DNA of 64,000 nt, taken from NCBI GenBank assembly GCA_001599295.1, contig BCGN01000007.1, positions 322,433-386,432 of the forward strand. Direction: 5' to 3'. The notes beneath the pieces are model-generated. The model ran no database searches. It saw nothing but the letters and a program-made list of their open reading frames with translations, and had not been told where the DNA came from. A program made the translations under genes and the position numbers. Positions 48,402 to 57,888 of the stretch are shown here, in pieces (the first letter of the stretch is position 1; each line of letters opens with the position of its first letter). The stretch is from Sporopachydermia quercuum (taxonomy: Eukaryota).

Positions 48402-50066
48402 ATGCAGTCAGTTCCTCCCTTACCAGTTCGAAGAGTAGCTGTCGAAGAACTAATGAACCGTCGGCTTTCAGGCAGAAACAGAAAGTATTCTGACGCTTCC
48501 TCTTTCCGTTCTTACTCGAAAACAGCTAAACCATTCTTGAATTCAATCCAGTATCAAAGCTCATTGAAAAACTTAGAATTCAGAAATCATATCCTAGAAA
48601 CACGTGAAGCATCTATCAGCGAAGAAGCAAGAAAAAATGACTCTGAACTAGTATCAGATTTCAACCATTTGAAATTAGAGAAAATGAAATATTCTGGGGA
48701 TTTCCCTCTTGCAGTTGATGATGGCAATGGTAAACATGAAGATGTAATTGATTGGGACTATTGGTCAGCTATGATGTATGACTATTCGGCATTGATAAAA
48801 GTGTCGCCAGCTGAAGTAGAGTCGGGTGTTTTCTCAGGTGTTCCTGAGGTCTGTAGAAGATTTCTTTGGCTGAAATTTCTAGAATCTAAAGTCACAACCT
48901 ACGAAGAAAAATTCAATGAATTGATTAGCAATAGAGACTCCTTAGCTGAAGAAGAGCGGATTAACAGAATAAGAAGAGATATTGACAAGGTCTTGGAGAT
49001 AACTCAATGGCAAGCCGTTGGAGAGTCTGATTTTGATAGAGAAACTATTCTGAACATTGTGCTTAGTTTTTATAGTTATATCGGTAACATTCAAGGGTAT
49101 ACCTCCTCAGCATTGTTCATTGTGATTCCATTCTCAATTGTTTTATCTCCCAGTGAAGTATTTTCAACTTTGGTCTGTCTACGAGATTATCCTATATTCC
49201 ATGATGCTTTAATAGCTAGACCTAAATCAGAATCTGCTGACGGTGCGAACATCAGCACTTTCGAATTACTCAAGTTCCAAGTTTCGCGCGTGCTAGAAGA
49301 TTCATATACAGATATTTTCTCAGTCATTACCTCTCAGGGCATATCGCCATCGCTATTTCTTTCTTTGCCTCTAACTACGTTTTTTGGAGCCTTGATTCCT
49401 TTATCTTCAGTGTTGAGAGTCTTTGATCTGGTGATATTCCTAGGTCCCTCTTCTTTAATAAGAGTGATCACTGCTGTATTGCATAGAAATCATAAGCAAA
49501 TCATATCCATTTCCAAACAAGGAAACGAGAACGAAACATCAGTTAGAGCATTGACTAAATTTTTGAGGTTTTCTCTGTTTGAGTACTATAAGAATGACGG
49601 TGAATTCAGAGAGGATGATTTACTGCTTGATGCCATTGTCATTGAAACCTTTCCTATCGTATTGGAGAGGTACGAGCAAGAATATAAATGGCTTGTTACA
49701 TCAGGCAAAAGTTCTAATTCTGATTTAACCCGGGAACTCGAAACTCAGAAACGCATTATGGCTGAAATTGCTGCTGCGGGAAAAGAAATCGAGGACATTT
49801 CCAAAGAACAGGAGAGGATGAAAACTGATATCGAATCAGATAAAGAAATGATTGAGAAGCTGAAAAAAGAAAAAAGAGAGCTTTTAACAGAAATGGATAG
49901 ATTGAAGTTTGAAATTAGTGAATTAGATATGGAGGAAGAGATTAAGAATGCCAACGAGAGAAACGACCAGATTAAAGAGATGAATATCGATTTACAGCAT
50001 CAAATTGATTTGGTGAATGCGGATATTGAAGAAGTTAAAGGAAAGCTAGCTGAGGCTAGAAATTGA
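48402..50066 (+). CDS. Gyp5/Gyl1-like TBC (Rab-GAP) domain protein with C-terminal coiled coil; catalytic motifs degenerate
   Basis: IDWDYWSAMMYDY, GVPEVCRRFLW, IRRDIDK, GYTSS, VLRVFDLVIFLG, and a heptad-rich C-terminus. Confidence 0.8.
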   Translation: MQSVPPLPVRRVAVEELMNRRLSGRNRKYSDASSFRSYSKTAKPFLNSIQYQSSLKNLEFRNHILETREASISEEARKNDSELVSDFNHLKLEKMKYSGDFPLAVDDGNGKHEDVIDWDYWSAMMYDYSALIKVSPAEVESGVFSGVPEVCRRFLWLKFLESKVTTYEEKFNELISNRDSLAEEERINRIRRDIDKVLEITQWQAVGESDFDRETILNIVLSFYSYIGNIQGYTSSALFIVIPFSIVLSPSEVFSTLVCLRDYPIFHDALIARPKSESADGANISTFELLKFQVSRVLEDSYTDIFSVITSQGISPSLFLSLPLTTFFGALIPLSSVLRVFDLVIFLGPSSLIRVITAVLHRNHKQIISISKQGNENETSVRALTKFLRFSLFEYYKNDGEFREDDLLLDAIVIETFPIVLERYEQEYKWLVTSGKSSNSDLTRELETQKRIMAEIAAAGKEIEDISKEQERMKTDIESDKEMIEKLKKEKRELLTEMDRLKFEISELDMEEEIKNANERNDQIKEMNIDLQHQIDLVNADIEEVKGKLAEARN

Positions 50067-50561
50067 GCATTGGGTGTTTGAAATGACTGTTAGTAACGTT
50101 GTTGTGACTGATATGATTTATACCTGTATATTTGTATATATGTATGAGATATACTATTTGTTAAGACTGTTAGACAATTCTTTACTATATTGTTTAATAC
50201 AGCAAGCAGGATATTTTATAGTAACGATAGTACAGTTAGTTTTCGCTCGAATATTGATAAATGAATTTATATATGAACAATATGACTGTAGAAAGAAGAA
50301 CATATAGAGCTGGGAGTGAGAAATTATGCTCGACAGTTTGTTTATTAATCACAACTATCTACCATCAACCAAATCATTCAATATAAGATATACTTTATAA
50401 TATCATTTAGCTATCTATCATCAATGCTCTAGCCTATAAGGTATACAATCATCATAAGCCTCTTCCCTCAAAATATTAGTCTCCATGATCTTATTTCAGG
50501 ACTCATTCTGTCACTAATTTCCCATTTCACTTTCTAAATTGAATTCCTCCCATTCAACTGC

Positions 50562-52196
50562 CTAATCACCCTGATCCTTAAACGCTTTCAGATCAACACA
50601 TTTCCCACAACAATACTCTTTCATTATTGGTATCAAGGAAGCAGTTCCTACATTCCACCACTCAACCTGTTTAGCTGCAGGAATACATAATGATTTCTTA
50701 CAAGAGTAACATACCTGTTCGTCTTGAAGTCTTTGCTGTATCAGACTCATTTGATTCCATGAGCTTATTAGATTCTCCCATTCTTGTTTCTCCTCCTCAG
50801 TAATATCAAATTGAAAAATTGCTTCAAATGCCAGTTCCATCAAACTTGGTCCTGAAGCTCTCGTTTGCTTATGCTTTGGTACCAACCATTCAACTAATGC
50901 GAATCCCTCAAGATTTCTTTTNCATTTATGAGTACTAGCACTTGGTGTAGCATCAGAAGGAAACCCGATAGCAGTCAGAGATGGGAGACCGGTGAATTTT
51001 TTGAAATCATCACCGGGTTCAATCAATGGATTGGGCCGTATAGACAAAATCTCTAATTTAGGGAGATCCAATAGTTCGTTAGGTAAGTATGCGATCTCGT
51101 TACCACCAACTGAAAAATCAACCAAGTTCACCAATCTCCTTATGGAAGCAGGAATTCGCTTCAACTGATTATTCCGAAGACTCAGTACAGTGATGGTATC
51201 AATTCTAAACAATTTAGTATTCAAACTTGTAAGCATGTTATGAGCAGCATATATTTCAATCTTCGGCGTCATAGAAGATACAACTTTACCATCAGGAAAG
51301 CAAATCATTCCCGAGAGATCCGAGATTTGATTAGGGAGATGAGACAAGTTCAGGCCTTCTAGCATAACTTTAGGATTTCCTTCTTCAATGCACATATCAA
51401 TGACTTTAATACATTTCTGAGTAGCTTGCAAATTAGCCGATTGTTGCTTAGATTCTTGTAGCTGCTCTAAATGATCTTGCTGTACTTGAGATGATTGAAA
51501 TTCATCTATAGTTCCCAAAGTTGTGTCTTCTTGATCGTATTCATGGGGAGGAGAACTTGTTAGATCAAGCATTAAATCGTCAGAATCTATGGTTGTTGAG
51601 CCATATATTGATAAAGAAAGATCTCTGGATGACACAGGATGAATTGGAGTATGGAACTTGTTGTAGTTGTATTCAAAAGGGTCCGAAATGTCATAGGAAT
51701 CTTTAGAATCAGGAAAATTCACTGAAGAAGCTTCTGATGTGAGATCTTCCTTGTAAGATGTGATTTTTGGGGATGATGGAACAGTAGGAGCAATGGAATC
51801 AGGAAGAGCATTAATACCGGTTGTAGATTGAGTACATGAGTGATTTGCGGCTGAAATGGCATTAGAACTGCCATTGACACTAGAATTATAAGCCCCGTTC
51901 AAAGATCTTTTCTTATTACAATCTAGCCGAAACAGTGAGAGATTGAAGTCCTGGTTTGAACTGTTCTGAGGTAAATTACGGTTTTGTTGATGATATTTCC
52001 TCTTCCTTTGGCGCTTTTCACTGGTCCTTCTATAGAACTCGTTCATATTCATCATTTTATGCTTATTATTAGTACCAGTAATTGCAGGAGATTTGAGCCC
52101 ATCAACAGAAATATGATGCCCTCTGAAAGGGCTTGTTTTCTCTGATTCATAATGTCCTTTGACAAATGCCAGTGGTAACAAAGGATTCGAATCCAT
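50562..52196 (-). CDS. Leucine-rich repeat protein with C-terminal BC-box-like helix and Cys-rich tail (LRRC58-like)
   Basis: LRRs (VLSLRNNQLKRIP, FSVGGNEIAYLP, ILSIRPNPL), PSLMELAFEAI, CYSC...YCCGKC. Confidence 0.75.
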   Translation of the reverse strand: MDSNPLLPLAFVKGHYESEKTSPFRGHHISVDGLKSPAITGTNNKHKMMNMNEFYRRTSEKRQRKRKYHQQNRNLPQNSSNQDFNLSLFRLDCNKKRSLNGAYNSSVNGSSNAISAANHSCTQSTTGINALPDSIAPTVPSSPKITSYKEDLTSEASSVNFPDSKDSYDISDPFEYNYNKFHTPIHPVSSRDLSLSIYGSTTIDSDDLMLDLTSSPPHEYDQEDTTLGTIDEFQSSQVQQDHLEQLQESKQQSANLQATQKCIKVIDMCIEEGNPKVMLEGLNLSHLPNQISDLSGMICFPDGKVVSSMTPKIEIYAAHNMLTSLNTKLFRIDTITVLSLRNNQLKRIPASIRRLVNLVDFSVGGNEIAYLPNELLDLPKLEILSIRPNPLIEPGDDFKKFTGLPSLTAIGFPSDATPSASTHKXKRNLEGFALVEWLVPKHKQTRASGPSLMELAFEAIFQFDITEEEKQEWENLISSWNQMSLIQQRLQDEQVCYSCKKSLCIPAAKQVEWWNVGTASLIPIMKEYCCGKCVDLKAFKDQGD

Positions 52197-53502
52197 GGTG
52201 TTGATGTTCTTGAGCTCTATGCTCTTTTGTTTACTTCTAATTTTTTACCTAGAAAAACTTCAATGCCGATTATAGCCTATTGTTCTCAATATATGCTACT
52301 TAGTTTCATATTTTAGTGCTACAATCAATCAATTGTTTATTCAGAATAGACACTTCAGTCCCTTTACTCTTCCCCCTTGGTGGGCTCTTATCAGCAGTAT
52401 CAATCTACTTCTGCCGATTCCTCTATCTTGGGTTCACCTTTGATCACAAGATCAATAGTAAACAATTCTGTTTGTGTACCGTTTTAATTTACTTGTATTT
52501 AATTATTGTGTTGGCTTCTCGAATCATTATTTTTAAAGATGCTGTTATGACTCAACTGTAAAAATAGTTGTTGATAATTACTACAGATTTCATATAGTGA
52601 AGGGAATTTTTCGCGTTTCATAAAACTCGCAATTAACACAACACGAGAAATTGTGGGGTGAAGGGAGACTTGAGATTGCAAGGAGTTCTGCGTTACGGTC
52701 CTAATGGGTATTTTTTCGGATGGAAAGTGACCCGGATGGCGATAGAATTGGGTAACGATTTTGGTTATCAATTGGAAAGTAAAACAATGTTAAATCCGCT
52801 CTTTCAGCTTAAACAATGTTTGCCCTTCTCTGTTTTAGTTCTTCTTTTTATAACTACATAGTACTTTTTTAGTTGTCAAATATCGTGTACAAGTTGCATA
52901 GTAAAATGATAGACAGGGTCGAATGTTACAGTGGTGGCTGTAGATAGTGAAAGTGAAAGCATTTTGACGAGTCAACAAGCTATGAAGAATCAATCAAGTC
53001 AGAGGTCACAGTTTTAGGGAATTGGTCAACATACAGTGTTGTTCAATTGTTTGTAATGACTTCTCTATACAAAACTATGTTGGCATGTAAGGTCAATTGG
53101 ATGCTACTATATCTATACCGTGAGAAACAAACTTTCAACTATGGGCAACTACAAGTAAAACAGTCATGTAAATATAGACATATGTTATCAACATTCCAAA
53201 TATTTTGGGACTTATTTGCGCGAATTATAAATCACGCTCACATAAAAAGGATATGATGTTGATTCCTAAGCTAGGATAATAATACAGACATCTGACAAAC
53301 TGAAAGCCACTCACATTTCAGATACCATAAACAATATACAGCTATATACAACTNATCAGATAGGAAGATAAAAATCCGTACAGAAACTCAGCAGATGTAC
53401 AATCAAATGTACCTTTAAATTTACCTNAGATTATTCAATCTACTAGTCAGCTTCTCATTGTCTTTCCATACAGAATGCTACCTATACTATTTTTCTATCT
53501 TC

Positions 53503-56118
53503 TCAAGCTCTTATCCTTTTTTTTCCTCTCCTATCATCTCCATCTTGGAGCTCCTCGGGTTTATAATAATGTGGTGCCAAATCAATCAACCATTCACTCT
53601 GAATTGGCATACAAGCTCTCATGTACTCTTTACTGGTAAGAACCAACTCATAGTAAAGTAGGAATCTAACTGGAGGCTTTACATGAAACATAACCGAGCT
53701 CGGATGAATGCTAACCATTTGACTTGATTTAATGGTTCTATAACTGTCTCCAGAGTTGGATAGCCTAGCAGTATTAGGGAAAAACCCTGAGACCAGTGAT
53801 TTCTGAATATTGATGACATCATCGCTCAATAATGACCCGATGTCTGACCCGGAATCGGGACCAGGTCCGACATCAATTTCAACCCGATCACACAACCGGA
53901 TCAACTGTTCTCTAACATCTCTTGCTCTTGCTAAACTTTTATACTGTACGAAATGATCTTTGGCCCATTGCATTGAGTAACCAGACCAAACCCATTCATT
54001 GAACACTTCTAGCACCATTAAATGGTCTCCCCCGTTAGGAGTGATAAACCCATCTCTAGCTTTGTCAGCTTCAATCTTCCGGTCCTTTGGTCGGAAAAAT
54101 AGCCCTGATAACTCCCCAAGCATAGCTACTACTGTTATCACATGGGCCACGCATTTCAGCTCATCGCTTGTAAGAATGGCTTTAGAAAACATTGGATCTA
54201 ACGGAAACTCTGACATTTTTCTCCCTATTTTCGTTAGTTTCCCTTCATCATTTAATGCTCCTAATGCATATAGCAGCTGCAGGGCTTTCATTAACATTGC
54301 GTTCGATGGAGGATCCATAAAATCAAAATTAAGCAAATCTGTTATACCCAGGGAAAGCAATAATAACACTACAGACGTTAGGTTCGTCCGTAGGATCTCT
54401 GGCGCAGTTTCCTTTGGAAGTTCGTTCTTATAAGACCATTCAGTATACAGTCTGAAGCATTTACCAGGACCAACGCGCCCTGCTCTGCCAGCACGTTGAT
54501 CTGCTGAAGCCCTTGAACAAGGAGACACTATTAAACTCTCAATTCCTGTTTTGGGATTGAAGACGTTCTCTTTGACAAAACCCGGGTCAATAACGTATAC
54601 AACACCATCAATAGTAATGGATGTTTCCGCAATATTAGTAGCCAATACTACTTTTCTTGACCCTTCCGGAGTTGGCACAAAAATTTTCTGTTGTAAATCT
54701 GGAGGCAAATTAGCATATATAGGACATATGATCAAATCGGCTATTTTATTGCCTAATTTCCTGCACGTGTCCTGTAAATTCTCCTGTATATATTCTATTT
54801 CTTCTTGACCTGTAAGGAATACTAGTATATCACCTTTACCTTGAGAAGTATGGATTTGAAAGATGGTAGTAATAGCAGCATGGAGATAATTTGCTTCTGG
54901 TTGCAATGTATAATGAATGTCTACTTTATACCTTCTGCCTGGGATTTTGAAAATAGGAGCATTGTTGAAATATTTGCTGAATTTTGTAGCATTCATAGTT
55001 GCAGAAGCTATTAGCAGTTTGAAATCAGGTCTTGCTTTTGCAATGTCCTTGATCAACCCGAAAAGAATATCTGTTGATAACGTTCTCTCATGGGCTTCAT
55101 CTATCATTAAGGCTGAATATGAAGATAGTTCAGGATCTGACAGAAATTCTCTTAGGAGCATACCATCTGTCATATACTTAAGAATAGTATTTTCATTAGT
55201 ATTATCGTCAAATCTAATAGAGTAACCAACTTCGTTTCCTAGTTTTACACCCATTTCCTCAGCGACACGTGTGGCAACAGAAATAGCTGCTACCCGTCTC
55301 GGTTGAGTGCATGCCACCTTCATGCCACTATCACAGTATCCGGCTTCGTAGAGGTATTGGGGTAATTGAGTTGTTTTTCCCGACCCAGTTTCTCCAACAA
55401 TAATTAGAATTTGGTGATCATTAACAGCTTGCAATAGTTCATCTCTGTATTTGTAAACCGGCAAAGATTTTCGTGTTTGATCTATCGAGCTGATTTTTTC
55501 TTCGGCTTCTTTTATTTGCTTCTCTACTAGCGATTCTGACTCCTGTAAGGGAAGGATGTCAACGTTTGAGGCAAACTGTACCATTTGCGATTCATCAAAT
55601 ACAAACTCATAATCATCAGACGCTTCAGGTTCGCGATTTTGATTGGGATTTTGTTTGGAACTACTGATTCTATCTTTCTCCCAAGATTCATAATCATTAA
55701 CTGGCTGTTGGCCAGTTCTATTAGATGAGTAATAGTTATCACGTTTATGAAGAGTATCATGTTTTCGTTTAACGTCAATATGACCTTTGTCGTCAATATA
55801 ATCTTCTATTATTGAGAAATTAGAACCAGAAGAAGATGAATCGTTTTTCCTTTTCTTGTTTGATTTCAGTATGCTTAGAAGCTCTACTTGTCTATTGTAT
55901 TCATTTTGCTCTTTCTTAGTGAGATTTTCCCAGCCATATTGTTGGATATCTTCCTCAAAAAACTCAATTTCCTTTTCCAAGCGTAATAATTTCTCATCTT
56001 GACGTTTTGATAAATAGCTTTGCCTGGATTCTTGCCGGAGAGCAGATACCGAATTGGAATTAGAATTCTGGGGCAATGATGAGGAAGTAGCTTTGGAGTC
56101 ATTGGGCTGATTGCTCAT
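53503..56118 (-). CDS. PRP2: DEAH-box splicing helicase Prp2/DHX16 (871 aa)
   Basis: RQSYLSKR N-terminal motif, TRKSLPVYKYRDELL, GETGSGKTTQLPQYL, DEAHERT, SAT, QRAGRAGR, HYTLQPEANYL. First ATG at 56118. Confidence 0.92.
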   Translation of the reverse strand: MSNQPNDSKATSSSLPQNSNSNSVSALRQESRQSYLSKRQDEKLLRLEKEIEFFEEDIQQYGWENLTKKEQNEYNRQVELLSILKSNKKRKNDSSSSGSNFSIIEDYIDDKGHIDVKRKHDTLHKRDNYYSSNRTGQQPVNDYESWEKDRISSSKQNPNQNREPEASDDYEFVFDESQMVQFASNVDILPLQESESLVEKQIKEAEEKISSIDQTRKSLPVYKYRDELLQAVNDHQILIIVGETGSGKTTQLPQYLYEAGYCDSGMKVACTQPRRVAAISVATRVAEEMGVKLGNEVGYSIRFDDNTNENTILKYMTDGMLLREFLSDPELSSYSALMIDEAHERTLSTDILFGLIKDIAKARPDFKLLIASATMNATKFSKYFNNAPIFKIPGRRYKVDIHYTLQPEANYLHAAITTIFQIHTSQGKGDILVFLTGQEEIEYIQENLQDTCRKLGNKIADLIICPIYANLPPDLQQKIFVPTPEGSRKVVLATNIAETSITIDGVVYVIDPGFVKENVFNPKTGIESLIVSPCSRASADQRAGRAGRVGPGKCFRLYTEWSYKNELPKETAPEILRTNLTSVVLLLLSLGITDLLNFDFMDPPSNAMLMKALQLLYALGALNDEGKLTKIGRKMSEFPLDPMFSKAILTSDELKCVAHVITVVAMLGELSGLFFRPKDRKIEADKARDGFITPNGGDHLMVLEVFNEWVWSGYSMQWAKDHFVQYKSLARARDVREQLIRLCDRVEIDVGPGPDSGSDIGSLLSDDVINIQKSLVSGFFPNTARLSNSGDSYRTIKSSQMVSIHPSSVMFHVKPPVRFLLYYELVLTSKEYMRACMPIQSEWLIDLAPHYYKPEELQDGDDRRGKKRIRA

Positions 56119-57888
56119 TATGATTAGAATGTCTCTTAGCAACGAAGTCCGCTGTTGAGATGTTGACTATAACAGCTTGTGCTAGGGAGTCTTACTCTGG
56201 TTGCTGTTTAGTTGAATTTTAAGTAGCAAAAGATATTTGTTGATGTTAATGGAAAGTTAGGACGGAGAATGGTGAAACAAATGAGTATTGGAGATGAAAA
56301 AATTGGTTTGTATGAGGAAAAATAAGATTAAAGTTATACATAACAATGCAGGTAGCCAGAGAGTTTAAAGGCTCAAAGTTTGTAATAAATAGTGAAGAAG
56401 TAGGAGCATAATTGAGAAAGGAAATACAAGAAATACAGGGAAGAAGTGACAAACAAAAGAGTATTAGGCCGTTTGAATATAACTGTTGTTTTGCATATTG
56501 TTTGGAAGTAAGAGAAATCTATGGTTACTATAGTGAAACAAATGTAGTAATTGAGTTATTCAATTCATACTGCTTTGGGAATAAACTTGAATTAAGTTGG
56601 AACGAAGTTTGCCTAAGATAGGAAGGGCGTATATTTTGGTGTATATGCTTTAGCTATTATTGGCAAAATATTCTGCTGGAACTAATAGATGGATAATCAA
56701 ACAGTCTTAAATATTATTATTAAATAGCCAAAGAATTTGAGAGTGCTTCCAGGCTGCTTTGAAGCAAGGTATTTGTTGATTGTTCAAGGAAGCTCAAGTT
56801 GAGTTGGAGCTGTTAAACTTTATTAAACCTTTAAGTTAGCAGACAAGACTCACAGTGTTTTACGATCTTGTAAAATATCCTATATCTTTAGAAATGTACA
56901 TCCAAATTACTTAAAGTCAATCAACAGTTAACTAGGTACATATTCATAATTATTCTTGGTACTAGGCTCTAAATACTATTTACTATCATCCTTATACTAA
57001 GCCAAGGTACCATCATCTACCCAAATTAAGCTTTCCTGTAAGTTCTCCTTCACTACATATTACTTCGAAACCTTAGTTTTAACCCCATCATTATTATCTT
57101 TTCCGTTCTTCGCAACAACAAAGAAATCCCGGAAATCCATTTCTCTCATTTCCCTAATTCATCTCCCTACATCATCATCAACAATAACATCAACACCACT
57201 CAGTATATAACTATAGCAATTGTCACTCTTATGATTTTTTTCAACAGGACAGCATCATTAGCAAATTTGACGGAACAAAACCTTGTGTTTTGTAGCATAG
57301 TTTCCTTTTTATCCGGAAGATCACGCGTCTTGTTGATTTGATGAATGAGTAACAATCCATTTCATTCAATCATCATACCATTGATCATAACGTGTTTCAC
57401 CATCGGAATATACGTTGTGGGCTTTTTACGTGACTTTTTGGGGATAATATAAATCAAGAAGGAAAAGGAAATAGTCTTGCACTATAAAAGCGATCAACAG
57501 CAACAACCGGTGATTACAATACCTTGTATATAAACAGAACGCTGAATTGAGCGCGAACTTTGTTGATCAGTCAATTTTAAATCAATAAACATCATTCAAT
57601 TAGTTGAAGTGCATTTGTCGCAATTGGTTTGTGTTAGAAGGCAGTTAATTTTGAGGTTTGTGGAGGGCGTGATAGCAAAACATACAAACAGACAGAATAC
57701 AAAACACAGAAATATAACGAAGGACAATACATGTATTTGTATGTGTCATGTTATTGTTTCTAGGTATCCAAGGCAGTTAGGAAGTACGATACATAGTACT
57801 GAGAAGACATATAACCTACAGCAGACCTGCTATTATATATATTTACTATCAATATCTAGGCATTTGCCTATTTGCCTAGAATTCAACA

